A stretch of DNA of 64,000 nt. Origin: Elusimicrobiota bacterium (GTDB taxonomy: Bacteria; Elusimicrobiota; Elusimicrobia; UBA1565; UBA9628). Every line of letters starts with the position of its first letter. The first letter of the stretch is position 1. The position numbers and the translations under genes were made by a program. Under the pieces are notes generated by a model. It was not told the origin of the DNA. It searched no databases and saw only the letters and a program-made list of their open reading frames with translations. Location of the stretch: NCBI GenBank assembly GCA_016194705.1, contig JACQAZ010000001.1, positions 20,019 through 84,018 on the forward strand, in the 5' to 3' direction. Positions 9,798-18,151 of this stretch are shown here, one piece after another.

Positions 9798-10667
9798 TTG
9801 CTGCTGCTGATCTCGTCGTCCGCCCTCTGCGCGGCGCAGGCCGCGCCGGCCGTCAAGGTGCACGGTCACCGGGGCACCCGGGGCATGCGTCCCGAGAACA
9901 CCTTGGCCGCCTTCCGCGAGGCCCTGCGCGTCGGCGTCGACGCGCTCGAACTCGACATGGGCGTCACCAAGGACGACGCGGTGGTCGTCTCCCACGACCA
10001 GCGGGTCAACCCCGACCATTGCCTCGACGCCGCGGGAAAGCCGCTGACGGACTCTCCTCCGATACGCGTGCTCACCCTCAAGCAGTTCAAATCCTACGAC
10101 TGCGGCTCGCTGCGCAACCCGCGCTTCCCGGACCAGGTCCTCTCACCCGGGGAGCGGATGCCCACCCTCGACGAGGTCTTCGAGCTCGTCGCCCGCTCGA
10201 CCTATCCCGCCGCGAAGACCGTGGAGTTCAACATCGAGACCAAGATCGTCCCGAGCGCGCCCGAGCTCTCTCCCGAGCCGGAGCGCTTCGCCCTGCTCGT
10301 CGCCGCCGCCGTCGAGAGGCGGGGGCTCGCCTCCCGTGTGATCCTGCAGTCTTTCGACTACCGGACTCTCGCCGCCTTGAGAAAGCGCCTGCCCCAGGTC
10401 CGGCTCTCCCTCTTGACCAGCGACAATCTCTTCGACCTGAGCGCCGCCGCGCGAAGCCTCGGCGCGGACTTCGTCAGCCCGGACCAGCAGTGGATCACCA
10501 AAGACGAGGTCCGGCGCCTGCACGCCGACGGCGTCCAAGTCCTTCCGTGGACGGTCAACGACGAGGCCGGCTGGGACCGGATGATCGAGCTCGGCGTCGA
10601 CGGCATCATCACCGACTACCCCGAAAGGCTCATCGCCTACCTGCGCGCGCGCAAGCTGCGCCCGTAG
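9798..10667 (+). CDS. glpQ: Glycerophosphodiester phosphodiesterase
   Basis: HGHRG..PENTL, ELD, VVSHD, NIETK, LQSFD, WTVN, GVDGIITDYP. Start codon (TTG) is uncertain. Confidence 0.88.
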   Translation: MLLLISSSALCAAQAAPAVKVHGHRGTRGMRPENTLAAFREALRVGVDALELDMGVTKDDAVVVSHDQRVNPDHCLDAAGKPLTDSPPIRVLTLKQFKSYDCGSLRNPRFPDQVLSPGERMPTLDEVFELVARSTYPAAKTVEFNIETKIVPSAPELSPEPERFALLVAAAVERRGLASRVILQSFDYRTLAALRKRLPQVRLSLLTSDNLFDLSAAARSLGADFVSPDQQWITKDEVRRLHADGVQVLPWTVNDEAGWDRMIELGVDGIITDYPERLIAYLRARKLRP

Positions 10668-10682
10668 GGCAGCGCAAGCCCG

Positions 10683-12206
10683 CTACCAGACGCGGGGCAC
10701 GGCCGACCAGTGGAAGAAGGGCGGCGTGCGCGCCTCCGGCAGCCGCCGGACCTCGAAGGCCAAGTTCTGGTCGCAGGGCACCGCGCGGCTCCATTGGTGG
10801 AAAAACATGGGTCCGGCGATCATCTCGGGTTCGTCGCGGGGTGGAACGCATGCGTGGGAGGCGTCGTAGGCGGAGAACAGGGCGTCCTTGCGCGCGAAAT
10901 CCCACGAGCTCTCGCGCCGCCAGCCGACGGTGAACTCCAGAGGCCTGCGGTCCGCCGGGGCCGCTATCTCGCGCCACAGGACGAACTGGGTCCCCAGGGC
11001 CGCCGCCGCCGCGCAGAGGCGCACGGCCTTCTTGTCGGCGCCGGCCAACCGCGGGAGTGCCGCGGCCAGACCCGCCATCGCGGCCCAGACGGGCAGGCAG
11101 TAATAGCGCAGAGAGCTGGTGTGGCGGAAGGCGATGAAGACGGCCGCCAGAGCCGCCGGCCACAGCAGGAGCGTCCGCTCGTGCGCCGCCAGACGCTCGT
11201 CGTGCCAAGCGCGCACCGACTGCCAGGCCAGCACGCCGCACAGAAACAGCGCCCATAGAAGGAGCAGGAGGCTCGGGATCAAGGGCGGCGTCAACGAAAA
11301 CACCCGCATGAACACGACCGGCCCGGCCAGGATCTCGACGAGCGGCGCGAGGTGCCAGACCGCGAAGGCGAGCAGGCTCGCACCCAGCAGGAGTTGGGCC
11401 GCGCGCCGAACGCGCGGCAAGGCCGCGGCGGCCAGCGTCCGCTCCCAGGCGGCGGCGGGCAGCCGCGCGATCGCCGCCGCGGCGGCCGCCGGTCCCGCGA
11501 CGAGAAGCCCCGCGAGCCAAAAACGGTGGGCCGACCATTGCGCGTCGGCGATCGGATATTTGAGCAGAGCCAAGGCCAGGCCCGCGGCCAGGGCCGCCGC
11601 CGAGGCCCGCAAAGCCGGGCGAGCCGCGGTCTCGCCGCGCCACGCCGCGCGCGCGCCGAACATGAGCGCCAGCGAGGCGGGCACGCAAAGGAAGATAAAA
11701 TGGTTCAGGGCGCCGAGCCAGCAGAGCGCCGACAGCATCGCAGTACTGCCCCGGCGCTGGGGGCGGGCCAGGACGGCCAGGACGCCCGCGAGCAGCACGG
11801 GCTCGAGCGCGTAGACCTCCCAAGCGAGCCTCGATTTCATGAGCATATAGGCCGAGCCGGCGGCGAGCCACGCCCAAGCCGAGCCCGCCTCGGGCGAGAC
11901 GCGGCGCCGCAGGTGCGCCCAGAGCCCGATCAGCGCCGCGGCGTTGCAGAGCGCTCCGGTCAGGCGCAGAGAGGCGACCGAGACCCCGAAGGCTCCGAAG
12001 GACGCGGCCGCGCACCAGGCGTAGAGCGGTCCGGTGTAGCGGTTCATCTGGTGGAGGGTGTAGGCGCCGTGGGCGCGCAGCTGCCCCGCGAAGCTGCCGA
12101 TCCAGGCCTCGTCCATCGTCAAGGCCGGCACGCGCTCGAGGCCGACGAGCAGAGCGGCCAGACAGAAGGCCAGCGCGGGAAGGGCCCGCGCGTCGTCGCG
12201 CCGCAT
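10683..12206 (-). CDS. Multi-pass membrane protein, GT-C/ArnT-like glycosyltransferase candidate
   Basis: N-terminal TM followed by DEA motif, GPLY, SLRL and many TM helices. Confidence 0.6.
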   Translation of the reverse strand: MRRDDARALPALAFCLAALLVGLERVPALTMDEAWIGSFAGQLRAHGAYTLHQMNRYTGPLYAWCAAASFGAFGVSVASLRLTGALCNAAALIGLWAHLRRRVSPEAGSAWAWLAAGSAYMLMKSRLAWEVYALEPVLLAGVLAVLARPQRRGSTAMLSALCWLGALNHFIFLCVPASLALMFGARAAWRGETAARPALRASAAALAAGLALALLKYPIADAQWSAHRFWLAGLLVAGPAAAAAAIARLPAAAWERTLAAAALPRVRRAAQLLLGASLLAFAVWHLAPLVEILAGPVVFMRVFSLTPPLIPSLLLLLWALFLCGVLAWQSVRAWHDERLAAHERTLLLWPAALAAVFIAFRHTSSLRYYCLPVWAAMAGLAAALPRLAGADKKAVRLCAAAAALGTQFVLWREIAAPADRRPLEFTVGWRRESSWDFARKDALFSAYDASHACVPPRDEPEMIAGPMFFHQWSRAVPCDQNLAFEVRRLPEARTPPFFHWSAVPRVW

Positions 12207-12236
12207 GGCCAGATTCTACAATAGTATAATCACGGG

Positions 12237-12629
12237 ATGGACCACGACGACGCGGACGCTCGGCTGGCCAGGCTGGGCGTGCGGCCCGGAGATCTGCGGG
12301 AGTCCTTCGCCCGGTCCGGCGGCAGCGGCGGCCAAAACGTCAACAAGGTCGAGACCTCCGTCACCTTGACCCATCTGCCCACCGGCATCGCCGTGCGCTG
12401 CCAGGACGAGCGCTCCCAAGCGCGCAACCGCGCGCTCGCGCGGTTGCGCTTGGCCGAAAAGCTCGAGGCGCGGGAACGCGAGCGCGCCGCGCGGCGGCTG
12501 CACGAGACCGAGCGGCTGCGCCGCCAGAAGCGCGGGCGCTCGAAAGCCGCCAAGCGCCGCATGCTCGAGGACAAGCGCCACCGGGCCGGCGTCAAGCGGG
12601 GACGCGGCTCCGTGAGGGACGACGACTGA
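12237..12629 (+). CDS. Small GGQ peptidyl-tRNA hydrolase (ArfB/C12orf65-like ribosome rescue factor)
   Basis: [32 protein letters not shown] and a basic C-terminal tail; no codon-recognition domain. Confidence 0.85.
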   Translation: MDHDDADARLARLGVRPGDLRESFARSGGSGGQNVNKVETSVTLTHLPTGIAVRCQDERSQARNRALARLRLAEKLEARERERAARRLHETERLRRQKRGRSKAAKRRMLEDKRHRAGVKRGRGSVRDDD

Positions 12630-13225
12630 TGCACGACGCGCTCAAAGCCGCGCGCTACCTGCTCAGCGAGACCGATCCCGCTAGGCTTGGCGAGAGCAAG
12701 GCCGAGGTGACCTTCGTCGGACGCTCCAACGTCGGCAAGAGCTCGCTGCTCAACGCCCTCTGCGGCGGCGCGCTCGCCCGTGTGTCGAACACCCCCGGGC
12801 GCACGCGCACGATCAACGTCTTTCTCGCCGGTTCCGACCGCTGGCTCGTCGACCTGCCGGGCTACGGCTTCGCGGGCGGCGACCGGGAGGAGATCGCGGG
12901 CTGGAAATCGATGCTCGAAGGCTACCTGACCGGCCGAGCCGCGATGAAGATGATCTTCCTGCTCGTCGACGCCAAGGTCGGCCCCACCAAGCTCGACCTC
13001 ATGATGGCAAAGTGGCTCGACGCCAAACGCCTGCCGTGGCGCGTGGTGGCGACCAAAGCCGACCAGGTCAAGCCTTCGCGCGGAATCTCCCGCCGCCGCG
13101 AAGTCGCCGAGTCCTTGGGCCTCGCGTCGGAGGACCTCGCCTGGGTCAGCGCGAAAGAAGACGTGGGCATGCGCGAGCTTCGCGGCGAGGTCTCAGCCCT
13201 GCTCGGCCTCGGCCTGGCGGCATAG
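12629..13225 (+). CDS. engB: Ribosome biogenesis GTPase YihA/YsxC
   Basis: GRSNVGKSSLLN, SNTPGRT, VDLPGYG, TKAD. Confidence 0.93.
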   Translation: MHDALKAARYLLSETDPARLGESKAEVTFVGRSNVGKSSLLNALCGGALARVSNTPGRTRTINVFLAGSDRWLVDLPGYGFAGGDREEIAGWKSMLEGYLTGRAAMKMIFLLVDAKVGPTKLDLMMAKWLDAKRLPWRVVATKADQVKPSRGISRRREVAESLGLASEDLAWVSAKEDVGMRELRGEVSALLGLGLAA

Positions 13226-13259
13226 GTCTTTTGGGCCCCTAACGATTGGGCCTTCCGTA

Positions 13260-13291
13260 CCCTTGACCGGTCAAGGGGTCGGGACTACTCT
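13260..13291 (+). promoter_or_regulatory. Promoter TTGACC-17-TACTCT overlapped by a perfect 18-bp palindrome
   Basis: CCCTTGACCGGTCAAGGG at 13260-13277; TACTCT at 13286-13291; ATG 6 nt later. Confidence 0.55.
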
Positions 13292-13297
13292 AGTCTC

Positions 13298-14350
13298 ATG
13301 ACCTCCCAAACCCCTCGCCGCACCGTGCTCGCCGCCGGGCTGTTTCTCGTCAGCGCGGGCTTCGCCCTCGCCGCCGAGCTGCCGGACTTGCGGTTTCAGG
13401 ACGCGGGCAAGCAGGATGGTCCGCCGGCGGCTTCCGCCAAGCCGGTCTGGGCGACGACCACCGAGCACCGGGTCGACACCATGACGCAGTTCCCGGACCC
13501 AGCGGAGCGCAGGCAATGCGGCGTGGGCGCCTGCCACGCCTTCAGCTCGATCTCGATCCTGGAGGCCGCCTACTTCCGGGCCCACGGCGAACGCGTCACG
13601 CTCTCGGAGGCCGACGTCTTCGTGCGCCGCACCGTGCTCTCGAAAAGGCTCTACGACGAATTCTGCGCCACGGGCAAGTGCGAGCTCAGCGAGGGCAACG
13701 ACGTCGCCGGCGACATCCAATTCGCCCTCGACAACGGCGTCGCCACCAGCCTCAATTACAAGGACTTCTCCGAGCGCTACCTGCGCTACCGCAAGGCCGA
13801 GCAGGCGACGCTCGCCGGCCTCGAGCGCGAGTACCAGAAGATGTCCTGGCTCGAGAAGCTTCTCTACGATCCGCGCGCGCATTGGGCCGAGCTCCAGCAG
13901 CAGCCCCGCGCCAAGAGGATCCTCTCCGACCTGCTGACGGGCCGCGACCCGAAGCTCGACGCCGAGCGCGCGCAGATCAAGAAGAAGCTCGCCGGCTTCA
14001 AGCTCAAGTCGCAGAGCTTCGACTACCTGGGCGAAAAGGCCAAGAGGACTTCGCCCGCGGACTGCGCCAAGAACGCCTCGAAGCAGAAGGCCGCGATCAT
14101 AGGCGAGCTCAAGGCCCAGCGGCCGGTCTCGGTCTCGATGAGCCTGGTGGGCTTGAAGGAGTGGCGCTCCGAGAAAGACAAAGACGACGCCAACCACGCC
14201 TTCACGATCGTCGCCTACCGCGACGAGCCCAAGGAGGGCCTGCGCTTCGAAACGCGCAACTCCTGGGGAGGAGACAACCCCGAGGTTCCCGAGACCAAGC
14301 TCTGCCGGATCTACTCGGTGGTGACCGTGCGCACTCCCGTGGACAAGTAG
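13298..14350 (+). CDS. Secreted papain-like (C1 family) cysteine peptidase
   Basis: Signal peptide; Q-CGVGACHAF (catalytic Cys), LSE, NHAFTIVAY (His), RNSWG (Asn). Confidence 0.8.
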   Translation: MTSQTPRRTVLAAGLFLVSAGFALAAELPDLRFQDAGKQDGPPAASAKPVWATTTEHRVDTMTQFPDPAERRQCGVGACHAFSSISILEAAYFRAHGERVTLSEADVFVRRTVLSKRLYDEFCATGKCELSEGNDVAGDIQFALDNGVATSLNYKDFSERYLRYRKAEQATLAGLEREYQKMSWLEKLLYDPRAHWAELQQQPRAKRILSDLLTGRDPKLDAERAQIKKKLAGFKLKSQSFDYLGEKAKRTSPADCAKNASKQKAAIIGELKAQRPVSVSMSLVGLKEWRSEKDKDDANHAFTIVAYRDEPKEGLRFETRNSWGGDNPEVPETKLCRIYSVVTVRTPVDK

Positions 14351-14400
14351 AGGCTCAAAGCCGGTGCGGCTCCGGCCGCAAATGAGGTATCCTGGGAACG

Positions 14401-15891
14401 ATGACGCGCATCAAGCGCATCGCGGCTCGCGCCGCCTTGGCGGCGGTCTCAACCGCATCCTCGCTGCTGCTCGCCGAGTTCTCTTACCGGGCGTACCTGC
14501 GGTCCCATTCATACCGGAGCGGCGTCTTCGAGCTTTACGTCGTCGGCGAGTCGAGCGCCTATGGCCGTCCCTACGGGCCAGAGCTCGCCTTCCCTGAGCT
14601 CGTCCGGCAGATGTTCGACGGGCGCCTGGCGGGCCGGCCCATCGTCGTCCACAACCTCGCCCGTCCGGGAGACACGCTCTACCCGCAAACGGTCCCCCTG
14701 CTCCGAGCCCTGCGCGTTCGCAATCGCTCCGAGCCCGCGGCCGTGCTGGTCTACTCGGGGCACAACGAGTATTTCCAGCGGCCCGGCGAGGCCTCACCGG
14801 CCGCGCGGGCCTACAATGCCCTCAAGCTGCCGGTTGCGCGTTGGTCGCTTCTCGCGGCCGACCTGCTCTGCGCCGTCGAGCGCCGGTTCGCCCTCCGGGG
14901 CGTGCGCGATTTTGCCACCTACGAGTACCATCTGCGCCGGCTCATCGAGGAAAGCCGGCGCGCAGGAGCCGTCCCGATCCTATCGACGGTGATCGGCAAC
15001 ACCGCCGGGATCGAGCCCAACGTCATTTGCGAGCCCGGGGCCGGATGCGCCTCGGTGCGCGCGGCGGCGCGGCGGGGTCTCGCCCTCGAGAAGGCGGGCC
15101 GCTTCGAGGCGGCGCTGCGGGCGTACCGCGAGGATCTCGGCGAGGACGACCGGAGGAGGGCCCTGCTCGAATACCTCAGCGCCCGCTGCCGCTGGGCCCA
15201 GGGGCGCACGGCCGAGGCGCACGAGTTGTTTTGGAGCGCCGTCGACGACGATCCAGGGGGGCGCTTCGGCCGCGCCTCGCGCGGCCTCAATGGGGAGCTC
15301 AAGGCGGCGGCGAGCCGGCTCGGCGTCCCGCTGGTCGACGCCGTCGCGCTGTTCGAGAGCCGCTCGCCCGGAGGGACGGTCGGAAGCGAGCTCATGAGCG
15401 ACGGGCAGCACCCGAATCTGCGCGGGAATCTGCTGCTGGCCGAGGGCTTCTCGCAGGCGCTCGCGCGCGCCTTCGGCGAGCGGACCAAGCGGACCGTGAC
15501 TCCCGCGGCGGCCCTGCGCGCGGCGTCCTACGGCCCCGAGCGGCAGGCGGCGGCCTTGCTGGAAAGCGGCCGCTGGCTGCTGATGGTCTCTCTCGACCAT
15601 CCCCTGCCCGCCGGCCGGCTCGCGCTGGCGCTGAGCCGCTTCCAGCGAGCCGTCGAACTGCAGCCCGCTGCCGTCGAGCCCCGGCTCGGCCTCGGCTTGA
15701 CGGCGGCTGCGCTGCGGTCGGAGTCCTTCGACGAAGCTCGGTGGGGCGCCGACGTGCGTCGCCTGCTCATGCCCGAGGGCTGCGCGAGGCCCGAGGACCT
15801 CGCAGCGATCATCGGTCGAATGGAACGCGCGGGAGTCGACGCCTCATCGCGCAGAGCCCTCGAGCGCGCGCCCGAGGGCCGCTGCCGGTAG
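14401..15891 (+). CDS. Membrane-anchored SGNH-hydrolase-like protein with TPR-like insertion
   Basis: N-terminal TM; VGESSAYG (block I), YSGHNE (block III), SDGQHPN (DxxH); TPR-like helices in between. Confidence 0.65.
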   Translation: MTRIKRIAARAALAAVSTASSLLLAEFSYRAYLRSHSYRSGVFELYVVGESSAYGRPYGPELAFPELVRQMFDGRLAGRPIVVHNLARPGDTLYPQTVPLLRALRVRNRSEPAAVLVYSGHNEYFQRPGEASPAARAYNALKLPVARWSLLAADLLCAVERRFALRGVRDFATYEYHLRRLIEESRRAGAVPILSTVIGNTAGIEPNVICEPGAGCASVRAAARRGLALEKAGRFEAALRAYREDLGEDDRRRALLEYLSARCRWAQGRTAEAHELFWSAVDDDPGGRFGRASRGLNGELKAAASRLGVPLVDAVALFESRSPGGTVGSELMSDGQHPNLRGNLLLAEGFSQALARAFGERTKRTVTPAAALRAASYGPERQAAALLESGRWLLMVSLDHPLPAGRLALALSRFQRAVELQPAAVEPRLGLGLTAAALRSESFDEARWGADVRRLLMPEGCARPEDLAAIIGRMERAGVDASSRRALERAPEGRCR

Positions 15892-16087
15892 ATTCCGCAT
15901 TCTAGAGTCTCGCCCCCGAACCGCGGCGCGTCAAATCGCCGCATCAAGATTCCTGCGCCGCGATCAGGACCAATGACTGCCCCGAAAGGGCCAAAGGGCC
16001 GGCATCGGCGTCTAGGGTTTATTTCTATGATCGCTTGCGTTCTCACGCCGAGACCGTCTCGGCGAATCCGCGTTCCGGAGGAAATGA

Positions 16088-16678
16088 ATGACGAAAAATA
16101 CCGTAGTCGTGCTGAGCCTCGCGCTCTTGTGCGGGCCGGCCTTTGCCGCAGAGCAGCCGGTGATGGGCTTGTTGATGCAGGATGCCGCAGTGTCCGAACT
16201 GCCCGATGTCGCTCCGGCAGCGGCCAAGGCCGTCGCCAACCCCGACCCCGCCGCACTGAAGTCCACCTTCGCCTGCACGATGGACGTCCAGTACACGGAG
16301 AAGCTGGTCGGCTTGGTGGTCTACCGCAAGAAGATCAATGGGACCGCCGTCGTGCACTGTCCGGGAAACCGGCCGGTGGAGCTCTCGCTGGAAGGGCGCG
16401 GCGTGGCCTTAGGCATCGGCATCCCGAACAACGGCCTGTTCCACTCGATCGGCACGGGCTTCGCGGGAAACCTCCAGATCAGGGTCCCGTTCCCGTTCGT
16501 CCCGAAGAACTTCGAGGGCGAGTACTTGAATGTCGGCGGCTCGACTCCGATCGGCGGAGTCGCGGTCTCACCTTGGACCAACACCGACGGGTCGGCCAAC
16601 GTGACGATCTATCTGCCGACGAATGTCAACGCGTCCTTCAACGCCAGCCTCACGTCGCTGACCTTCAAGCTGAGGTAG
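16088..16678 (+). CDS. Secreted beta-rich hypothetical protein
   Basis: GGAGG SD upstream, signal peptide, Gly-rich beta-strand pattern with two Cys in the mature part. Confidence 0.7.
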   Translation: MTKNTVVVLSLALLCGPAFAAEQPVMGLLMQDAAVSELPDVAPAAAKAVANPDPAALKSTFACTMDVQYTEKLVGLVVYRKKINGTAVVHCPGNRPVELSLEGRGVALGIGIPNNGLFHSIGTGFAGNLQIRVPFPFVPKNFEGEYLNVGGSTPIGGVAVSPWTNTDGSANVTIYLPTNVNASFNASLTSLTFKLR

Positions 16679-16709
16679 GGTCGCCCGTAAACGACGCTTA
16701 AGCAAGACG

Positions 16710-16752
16710 CCCCCCGCCGGCGCTCAGCAGCGAGTCCCGGCGGGGGGTTTTG
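16710..16752. terminator. GC hairpin between convergent genes, probable intrinsic terminator
   Basis: CCCCCCGCCGG...CCGGCGGGGGG followed by a short T run. Confidence 0.6.
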
Positions 16753-16756
16753 CCTG

Positions 16757-17194
16757 CTAAGGACCGATTTTGTAGGTGAGGACGACGTTACGCCCCGTGA
16801 ATCCGACGTGGTCGATGATCCCGTCGGGCAGGACGAGCCCGACGCGGCCCGCCAAGTCCTTGATGTTGATGGTCACGCGCCCCCCTCGGGCGGCGCCGAC
16901 GGGCGACGGCGCCGTTGACTCGACGGGCGGCAATTCTGAGCGGCGCGATTGCTCGGCCGCCGCCTCGCGGTCGATCCGCATCGCAACGCTAAAATCGAGC
17001 TGAGCCGGGCAATCCGGGTCCTTCGGCGGCGCGGCTCCGAAATCGGTCGAATGCTCCTGCATGCGCTTGATCGCCGCGTCGATGCAGTATTGCTTCTGGA
17101 CCTGCGGGTCGACCTTCCAGTCTTTCGTGTGGTTCGATCGCGGCGCGGCCATGGCCGGCGCGAGCAGCGCGACGAAGGCCGCGGCGATCATCAT
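16757..17194 (-). CDS. Small secreted hypothetical protein
   Basis: Signal peptide MMIAAAFVALLAPAMA. The upstream part of the tracked ORF overlaps the next gene. Confidence 0.6.
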   Translation of the reverse strand: MMIAAAFVALLAPAMAAPRSNHTKDWKVDPQVQKQYCIDAAIKRMQEHSTDFGAAPPKDPDCPAQLDFSVAMRIDREAAAEQSRRSELPPVESTAPSPVGAARGGRVTINIKDLAGRVGLVLPDGIIDHVGFTGRNVVLTYKIGP

Positions 17195-17241
17195 CACATA
17201 AGAATGGCAGGGCTTCGAGCGGCCCGCATGGGTCTTTGGGC

Positions 17242-18141
17242 CTAGAGCGCCCCGTTTCTTCGCGCGCGATGGATCACGCACTTGCCGTCGACCTTCTTGT
17301 GAAAGAACAGTTCCCGAAGGTCCGTCGAGACCGTGGGAGCCTCGACGAAGCCCGTCAAGGCGCGAAGGACTCGAGGCTCGCCGAACGGCAGGCCCTGCGC
17401 GGGACGCGTCGCGACCATGATGCGCATGCCCCCGGGGATGCTCGCCCGGGTGAAGTAGAGCTCGAGGCCGTCGGGTGAGATCGCGGGCGCGTACTCCAGC
17501 GCCCTCGTGTTGACGTTCTTCATGATGACGGCGCTGTCGGGCGCGACCTTCCAAGCGCCGTCCTTGAGGCGGGCGACAAGGAGGTCGGAGCCGATCGGGG
17601 GCAGCGGCAGCGGGGGGAGGAAGACCGCGCGCGAGATGTAGAGCGTCCCGCCGTCCGGGCTGACGCCGACGTCCATGTTGATCGCCCCCAGACGGCGGGG
17701 CCAGATCTCGCCCGGCGCCGGACGGACGCCGGCGACGCGCTTGCCGTCGAAGTCTCCGGTGAAGGTCGACTTCAAGGTCCGGAGGTACTCCCTTGCCGAG
17801 GTAAAGAAGAAGTGTCCCGCCGCGTCCATGCTGGGAACTGCGTCGAGCTCCTTGGAGTTGGCTCCCGGCAGTTCGCCGAGATATTTGAACGAGAGCGGGC
17901 CGGTGCGCTCGGCGAAGTGCAGATTGGTGTCCACCTTGGGCTCGTTGGAGTTGTTGAAGAACAAGAAGCGCCCGTCCGGCGAGAGGAAAGGCTCCATGGC
18001 GACGCCGTCATAGCCCGCAATCTCGACCGGCTCCGGCTCGACGTACAAGTCGCTTTCGGGCTCGCGCTCGAGGCGGATGGGCAGGATGAGCGCGGCGAGG
18101 ATCGCGACGAGGGCGGCGGCGCCGAGGAGCTTCTTGAGCAA
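17242..18141 (-). CDS. TolB/PD40-repeat beta-propeller protein
   Basis: Repeats EPFLSPDGRFLFF, VSPDGGTLYI and PAISPDGLELYFT; N-terminal TM; TTG start inferred. Confidence 0.75.
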   Translation of the reverse strand: MLKKLLGAAALVAILAALILPIRLEREPESDLYVEPEPVEIAGYDGVAMEPFLSPDGRFLFFNNSNEPKVDTNLHFAERTGPLSFKYLGELPGANSKELDAVPSMDAAGHFFFTSAREYLRTLKSTFTGDFDGKRVAGVRPAPGEIWPRRLGAINMDVGVSPDGGTLYISRAVFLPPLPLPPIGSDLLVARLKDGAWKVAPDSAVIMKNVNTRALEYAPAISPDGLELYFTRASIPGGMRIMVATRPAQGLPFGEPRVLRALTGFVEAPTVSTDLRELFFHKKVDGKCVIHRARRNGAL

Positions 18142-18151
18142 GTCGGCCCGC

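Noticed and set aside
8439-10667. Programmed stop-codon read-through producing a GlpT-GlpQ fusion
   Set aside because: The stop is TAA with no recoding signal evident, and GlpQ has its own hydrophobic signal-like segment. Sharing a frame has a one-in-three chance.
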